Positions 59,013-64,000 of a DNA stretch of 64,000 bases are shown here, in pieces. Source of the stretch: an uncultured Actinomycetota bacterium (GTDB lineage Bacteria; Actinomycetota; Actinomycetes; Mycobacteriales; SCTD01). The stretch lies in assembly GCA_963844295.1 (NCBI GenBank), contig CAWJNR010000004.1, forward strand, positions 281,306-345,305. The letters run 5' to 3'. Both the position numbers and the translations under genes were made by a program. Each line of letters opens with the position of its first letter. The stretch's first letter is position 1. Below the pieces are notes generated by a model. It worked only from the letters and a program-made list of their open reading frames with translations. It did not search any database and was not told where the DNA came from.

Positions 59013-59037
59013 GATCCGGTCCTGTCTCGTCGGGTGA

Positions 59038-59361
59038 TCAGCGGTGCGCTGGCGGCGCGAAGACCACGATCACCCGCAGGTCCTCGGTGACGTCGACGAA
59101 CCGGTGCGGGACGTGCGGGGGGACGTAGGCCACCGAGCCGGCCTCGACCGGCGTGCGCGCGCCGTCCACGTCGAGGACGGCCCGCCCGGCCACCACGACG
59201 TACACCTCGTCCACGTCGTGCGGGGTCTGGGTGTCGTGGTGCCCCGGCGCCGCCGCGAACAGGCCGAGGGACAGGGCCGGCACACGCAGGACCTCGCGGT
59301 ACGTGGCGTCGCCGTGCTCGGCGAGGAGCTCCGCGAGACTTGCGACGCTCGGCGCCGTCAC
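59038..59361 (-). CDS. cupin domain-containing protein
   Basis: GTG at 59361 overlaps the methyltransferase stop (GTGA). HHDTQTPHDVDEVYVVVAGRAVLDVDG....GSVAYVPPHVPHRF are the two cupin motifs. Confidence 0.8.
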   Translation of the reverse strand: MTAPSVASLAELLAEHGDATYREVLRVPALSLGLFAAAPGHHDTQTPHDVDEVYVVVAGRAVLDVDGARTPVEAGSVAYVPPHVPHRFVDVTEDLRVIVVFAPPAHR

Positions 59362-60155
59362 GCCGGGACCCGGCAGAGCACTTCGCCGTGCAGGACGGTG
59401 AACCAGCCGTCCTTGGCGGCGGCCCACTTCCGCCAGCCCGTCGCCAGCTCCGGTAGCTCGGCCTCGGTCGCCAGCCCGAGTTCGACGGCCTGTCCGGCGA
59501 TGCGGGAGGCGACGATCCGGTCGGCCTGCATGCCGCCCCACCACTGCCGGTCCTCGGGGGTGGCGAAGCACCACGCGCTCGCGGAGGGGACGATCTGGGC
59601 GAAGCCGGCGGCGTTCGCCCAGCTGAGCAGCCGGCGTCCGGCGTCGGGCTCGCCCTCGTGCGCCCGGGCTGCCGCTCGGTAGACCTCCTGCCAGCGGTCG
59701 AGTGCCGGCACGGACGGGTACCAGGTCATCGCGGCGTAATCGGCGTCGCGGACGGCCACCAGCCCGCCTGGGCGGGTCACGCGCCGCATCTCGCGCAGCG
59801 CCGCGACCGGGTCTGCCAGGTGCTGCAGCACCTGATGGGCGTGCACGACGTCGTACACGCTGTCGTTCGCATCAAGGCGCAGCGCGTCGCCGACGGCAAA
59901 CCTGACCTGCGACAGGTCGCACGCGGAGGCGGCCTGCGCGATGACGCCCGCGTCGATGTCGACGCCCAACACGTCGCCCTCAGATCCAACAAGCGCTCCG
60001 AGATCGCGGGTGATCGTGCCCGGTCCGCAGCCGACATCGAGGACGCGCATGCCTGGCCGCAGGTGCGGCAGCAGGTAGGCGGCCGAGTTCTCCGCCGTCC
60101 GCCAGCGGTGCGAGCGCAGGACGGTCTCGTGGTGGCCCTGCACGTACGTCGCCAT
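59358..60155 (-). CDS. class I SAM-dependent methyltransferase
   Basis: VLDVGCGPGTITRDL (motif I), VDIDAG, and VVHAHQVLQHL. I chose the ATG at 60155 (MATYVQGHHETVLRSHRWRTAENSAAYLLPHL). Confidence 0.85.
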   Translation of the reverse strand: MATYVQGHHETVLRSHRWRTAENSAAYLLPHLRPGMRVLDVGCGPGTITRDLGALVGSEGDVLGVDIDAGVIAQAASACDLSQVRFAVGDALRLDANDSVYDVVHAHQVLQHLADPVAALREMRRVTRPGGLVAVRDADYAAMTWYPSVPALDRWQEVYRAAARAHEGEPDAGRRLLSWANAAGFAQIVPSASAWCFATPEDRQWWGGMQADRIVASRIAGQAVELGLATEAELPELATGWRKWAAAKDGWFTVLHGEVLCRVPA

Positions 60156-60389
60156 GTCCGGACCCTGCCGCAGGATCTCAACATTCGCAACGCGCGTCCC
60201 ATTTCTTGAGATGGCGACGACGGGTGCGGCTGCGGCCGCGCTCTCACCGGCGGGCCCGCCCTCCTCCGTGCTGGTCACCGAGGGAGCCCGTCGCCGGTTG
60301 ATCGCAACCGCCCCGCGGCGGGAGTGCCCTCACCTTCTTCGCCCCCCGCAGGACAGGTCGGCCCGCCCCCAAAGGACGCCTGAGAACGG

Positions 60390-61802
60390 TTACTCGCTCG
60401 ACGATGTCAGCGGGTCGCGCCGTTGCGGCAGCCACACCCGCAGCACGGTCTCGTCGGGGTGCAGGTCGATGGTGATGTCGCCGCCGTGCCGGCCGACGAC
60501 GATGCGACGTGAGATGTCCAGGCCCAGACCTGTCCCCTGCCCCACACCCTTCGTGGTGAAGAAGGGCTCGAACGCGCGGTCCTTGGCGGCGACGTCGGCC
60601 CAGGTGCCGGAGTCCCCCACCTCGACGACCACGCCGTCCCGCTCCGGGAACACGGCCAGGCGCAGCCGGCCCGAGCCCCCCATGGCGTCCAGGGCGTTGG
60701 TGATGAGGTTGGTCCACACCTGGTTGAGCTCGCCCGGGATGGCCTCGATGCTCGGCGTCCCCGGGGCGTACTCCCGTACGACGGTGACGCCGTCGGGCAT
60801 CCGGTGGCTCAGGACCACGAGCGTGCTCTCCAGCCCCTCGGTCAGGACGGTGTCCTGCAGCGATGCCCGGTCCAGTTGCGAGTACGACTTCACCGCCCCC
60901 ACGAGGTCGGAGATGCGGTTCGTCGACTCCTTGACCTCCCGCAGCAGCGTGCGGGTGCTCAGCGTGCTCACCACCCAGGCCAGGCCGGGGTCGAGCGCGT
61001 CACCGAGCAGGTCGGCGACCCGGTCGAGCCAGTCCACGTCGGCGTCGGCGGCGGCGAGCGGTCCGGCGAGCGTCCACTCGTCCTCGATCCCGCGACGTGC
61101 CAGCCAGTCCGAGAGCTCGTCCTCGCGGTCGGCGAGCGCCATCGCGCCGGTCCCGGTGGCGGGCGGCGCGCTGGCGACCTCCTGGCGCAGGGCGTCCAGG
61201 GCCAGCAGCTGCTCTGCGGTGACCGAAGCGGCTGCCAGGCCGCCGACGGTCGACAGGAGCCGCTCAGTGGCCTGGCCGAGGGCATCGACGGCCCGGGCCG
61301 CGGCGGCGGCTGGGTTGTTGAGCTCGTGGGCCAGCCCCGCGGCCAGGGTGCCCAGGGCGACGAGCGCATCGCGTTGGCGGGCGGTGGTCTCGACCGTGCG
61401 TGCTGTGCGGAACACGCCCTCGATGAGGTGAGCGCCGAACGGGTCGAGGCGGCGGGTCCAGTCCTTCAGCGCGGCCGAGGCGACGCGCAGGGCCCTGCCG
61501 CCCGCCCCGGCCCGCCCGGTAGCGAGGTAGACGGCGTGCTCGTCCCAGGCGCGGAAGCCGCCGGCCCATCGGCCAGGCGCGTCCATGGCGCCGAGCAGCG
61601 TCTCCTCGTGGCCGACGGTGCGGACGAGGTCGATCCGGCCTTCGAGGAGCACCCACCAGTCCGCCGCCGGCCCTCCCTGGGTCCACAGCTCGTCTCCGAC
61701 GCTGAAGCCGACCTCGGCACCCAGGGCGATCAGGTCGTGCATCTCCTCGTCGCTGACCTTCTGGAACAGGTCGAGCGCGCGCAGGTCCTCTGCGGTGATC
61801 AC
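60390..61802 (-). CDS. sensor histidine kinase with an N-terminal cyclic-nucleotide-binding domain
   Basis: N-terminal cNMP-binding beta-barrel (LDLFQKVSDEEMHDL...WWVLLEGRIDLV). H-box LAAGLAHELNNPAAA. N-box VWTNLITNALDA. G-boxes DSGTW and GQGTGLGLDISRRIV. Confidence 0.85.
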   Translation of the reverse strand: MITAEDLRALDLFQKVSDEEMHDLIALGAEVGFSVGDELWTQGGPAADWWVLLEGRIDLVRTVGHEETLLGAMDAPGRWAGGFRAWDEHAVYLATGRAGAGGRALRVASAALKDWTRRLDPFGAHLIEGVFRTARTVETTARQRDALVALGTLAAGLAHELNNPAAAAARAVDALGQATERLLSTVGGLAAASVTAEQLLALDALRQEVASAPPATGTGAMALADREDELSDWLARRGIEDEWTLAGPLAAADADVDWLDRVADLLGDALDPGLAWVVSTLSTRTLLREVKESTNRISDLVGAVKSYSQLDRASLQDTVLTEGLESTLVVLSHRMPDGVTVVREYAPGTPSIEAIPGELNQVWTNLITNALDAMGGSGRLRLAVFPERDGVVVEVGDSGTWADVAAKDRAFEPFFTTKGVGQGTGLGLDISRRIVVGRHGGDITIDLHPDETVLRVWLPQRRDPLTSSSE

Positions 61803-63454
61803 GTGGTCGCCAGGTAGCGGTGCACCAGGTAGACGGTCATGGCACCCTCGCCGACGGCCGAGGCGACGCGCTTCATCGAGTCAAGGCGTACGTCGCCGGC
61901 GGCGAAGACGCCCGGCACGCTCGTCTCCAGGGCGTACGGCGCCCGGGCGAGCGGCCAGGGGGTCGTCGGCGACGAGGCCAGCAGGTCCTGCCCGGTCAGC
62001 AGGAAGCCGCCGCGGTCGCGGGCGACCGAGTCTCCCAACCAGTCGGTGCGGGGCGAGGCACCGATGTAGACGAACAGCCAGTTCGTCGGGACGTCCTCCG
62101 GCGCGGCGCCCCCCTCGCAGATCGTGATCGAGGACAGGTGCCCGTCACCGCGGGCGCCGACGACCGAGCTGCCCAGCCGCACCTCCACGTTCTCGGTCGC
62201 GGCGATCTGCTCGACGAGGTACATCGACATGGTGTCCTCCAGCCGGGCGCCGCGCACGACCATGACCACTCGCTTGGCGTAGCGGGCGAAGTTCAGCGCG
62301 GCCTGCCCGGCGGAGTTCGCGCCTCCCACGACGTACACGTCGTCGCCCTGGCACTGACTGGCCTCGCTCGCGGACGAGCCGTAGTAGACGCCCTGGCCGG
62401 CCAGCTCCTCGAGCCCCGGCCCCTCCAGCCGCCGGTAGGACACCCCGCTCGCCACGACCACGGCACGGGCCTCGAGCTCCCCGCCGTCGTCGAAGCGCAC
62501 GGCCCGCACCGGACCGCGCGTCTCGAGCCCGACGACGTCGCGAGCCAGCAGCATCTCGGCACCGAAGCGGGTGGCCTGGGCGACCGCGCGGTGTGCGAGG
62601 TCGGCCCCCGACACGCCCTTGGGAAAGCCGAGGTAGTTCTGGATGGATGCGCTCTGACCGGCTTGCCCGCCGGGGGCATCCTTCTCCAGGACGACCGTGC
62701 GCAGCCCCTCCGACGCGGCGTAGACCGCTGCAGCCAGGCCGGCCGGTCCGCCCCCGACGATGCACAGGTCGTACAGCGGCTGCTCCGGTCGCGTCCGCAG
62801 CCCGAGGGCGCTTGCTAGTTCGAGGGTGGACGGGGCCTTGAGCGGCTCGCCGTCCGGGACGAGGACCAGCGGCAGGCTGTCCAGCCCTGCCTCCGCCAGG
62901 CTCGCCAGCCGGTCTGCCTCCTCGTCGCGCTCGAGCTCGAGCCACTGGTACGGGACGTGGTTGCGGGTGAGGAAGCTACGGACCTCGTGCGAGTGCCGCG
63001 ACCACCGGTGGCCCACCACCTTCAGCTCGCCGGTGTCCTGGGGGTGGGAGGTGCGCCAGTCGCCCAGCAGGTCGTCGACGACGGGGTACAGGCGGTCCTC
63101 GGGCGGGTCCCACGGCTTGAGCAGGTAGTAGTCCAGCCCGACGTCGTTGATCGCCTGGATGGCGGCATCGGTGTCGGCATAGGCCGTGAGCAGCAGGAAC
63201 TTCGCATCCGGGGCGTGTGCGCGCGCTTGCGTCAGCATCTCGACGCCGCTCATCTCCGGCATCTTCTGGTCCGACACCACGAGGGCCACCGGCCGGGCGC
63301 GCAGCGCGAGCTCGGCGAGCACCTCGAGCGCCTGCGCCCCGGACGACGTCCGGATGAGCCGGTAGTCGCCGCCGTACCGCGACCGCAGGTCCCGGGTGAT
63401 GGCGGCGAGGACCTCCGGGTCGTCGTCGACAGTCAGGATGGTCGGCTTGCTCAC
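61799..63454 (-). CDS. fused response-regulator receiver / thioredoxin-disulfide-reductase-like flavoprotein
   Basis: GTG at 63454. REC domain (ILTVDDDPEVL...LVVSDQKMPEMSG...KPW). FAD/NAD(P) domains (DLCIVGGGPAGLAAAVYAASEG, VYVVGGANSAGQAAL, GVFAAGDVR). The stop overlaps the kinase start by 4 nt. Confidence 0.85.
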   Translation of the reverse strand: MSKPTILTVDDDPEVLAAITRDLRSRYGGDYRLIRTSSGAQALEVLAELALRARPVALVVSDQKMPEMSGVEMLTQARAHAPDAKFLLLTAYADTDAAIQAINDVGLDYYLLKPWDPPEDRLYPVVDDLLGDWRTSHPQDTGELKVVGHRWSRHSHEVRSFLTRNHVPYQWLELERDEEADRLASLAEAGLDSLPLVLVPDGEPLKAPSTLELASALGLRTRPEQPLYDLCIVGGGPAGLAAAVYAASEGLRTVVLEKDAPGGQAGQSASIQNYLGFPKGVSGADLAHRAVAQATRFGAEMLLARDVVGLETRGPVRAVRFDDGGELEARAVVVASGVSYRRLEGPGLEELAGQGVYYGSSASEASQCQGDDVYVVGGANSAGQAALNFARYAKRVVMVVRGARLEDTMSMYLVEQIAATENVEVRLGSSVVGARGDGHLSSITICEGGAAPEDVPTNWLFVYIGASPRTDWLGDSVARDRGGFLLTGQDLLASSPTTPWPLARAPYALETSVPGVFAAGDVRLDSMKRVASAVGEGAMTVYLVHRYLATT

Positions 63455-63719
63455 TGTCCCCCCAGGTGCCACGGGTCGGCCCCAGATGCCGGGACAGTGG
63501 CGATGCGCGAGCCTCGCCTGCGGCGCCGCCGCGGTCAAGACGGGTGCAACCACGCGCTCCTGCTCGAGCCGAAAGGCTTCCTGGGCAGCTCCGACGGGCG
63601 TGTGGTCCGTTGTCGACGTCCGCGTGACACGCCCGGGTCCACAAGGACTACGAGCTGGTGCCGCAGTGCGCCTGCGGCACGGCCGCGGTCGGGTGGGGTG
63701 GGGCCGGAGGTGAGGCCTC

Positions 63720-64000
63720 ATGGGCACAGTCGAAGATCGTTGGTGGAGCAGCCGGCAGGGCGGGCGGGTGCCCCGGGAGCGGTACGGACGCGGCTTGCGG
63801 TGGCGGTCCCGCTCCGGGACGGTGAGGGCCGGCAGCGGTCCCGCTCGTTCTCTCGCAAGCCTGATGCGGTGCGCTTCTTGACGTTGGTGCAGGTCGATCT
63901 GCTGCGCGGCACCTACATCGACCCGGGCCGCTCCCGGACCGCCCTGTCGGTCTACGCCGAGCTGTGGCTGACCTCGTTGTCAGTGCCGTCGTCGACCCGC
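63720..64000 (+). pseudogene. second tyrosine integrase (paralogue of 40929-42101); runs off the window and has one frameshift in the visible part
   Basis: MGTVEDRWWSSRQGGRVPRERYGRGLRWR... then, after a shift at about 63815-63820, RDGEGRQRSRSFSRKPDAVRFLTLVQVDLLRGTYIDPGRSRTALSVYAELWLTSLS. Nucleotide similarity to the first integrase begins about 35 nt upstream of the ATG (GTCGGGTG(A/G)GGTGGGGCCGGAGG). Confidence 0.8.

Overview
This is a very GC-rich, actinobacterial-type chromosomal window. Third codon positions are almost all G/C, and long Arg/Pro/Ala-rich shadow ORFs lie antisense to most real genes. It is densely coding on both strands. I found no rRNA, intact tRNA or CRISPR array.

Layout:
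(a) 0-13 kb: mixed housekeeping and accessory genes. These are pruA, two lipoproteins, DUF3072, a cNMP-binding protein, a Zn-metallopeptidase, a TupA-like ATP-grasp, a GNAT and an amidohydrolase. The block also holds a heavily frame-disrupted patatin-like lipase and an orphan FHA-FtsK/EccC-like triple ATPase.
(b) 13-34 kb: a large organic-acid catabolic island. It has five MmgE/PrpD paralogues, a TcuA-like flavoprotein, a TctC-TctA-TctB tripartite tricarboxylate transporter, an atypical SDR, Ldh_2, enoyl-CoA hydratase, acyl-CoA synthetase, AbrB-like membrane proteins, and two GntR and one IclR regulators.
(c) 35.7-45.9 kb: a recombination scar. A cpaF/tadA pilus-ATPase gene is split by a 4.44 kb recombinase-less island carrying a PxKF/Ig-like surface protein, two excisionase-type HTH genes and a UDG-superfamily gene. 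The gene is cut again 57 nt later by a segment that starts with CTGGACCG iterons and a decayed tyrosine integrase. This is followed by mgsA, HD, DUF4031, HAD, a truncated GNAT and a strange purine-rich, T-poor, lower-GC non-coding stretch.
(d) 46-63.5 kb: two MFS transporters, two ECF sigma/membrane-partner pairs, a padR-ABC-FtsX operon, a methyltransferase-cupin-HD operon, and a response-regulator::thioredoxin-reductase fusion paired with a cNMP-binding histidine kinase.
(e) 63.7 kb: a second paralogous integrase starts, in direct orientation with the first.

About 30 apparent frameshifts are present and they are strongly clustered in particular genes. From the sequence alone I cannot tell whether they are genuine pseudogenes or assembly indels.
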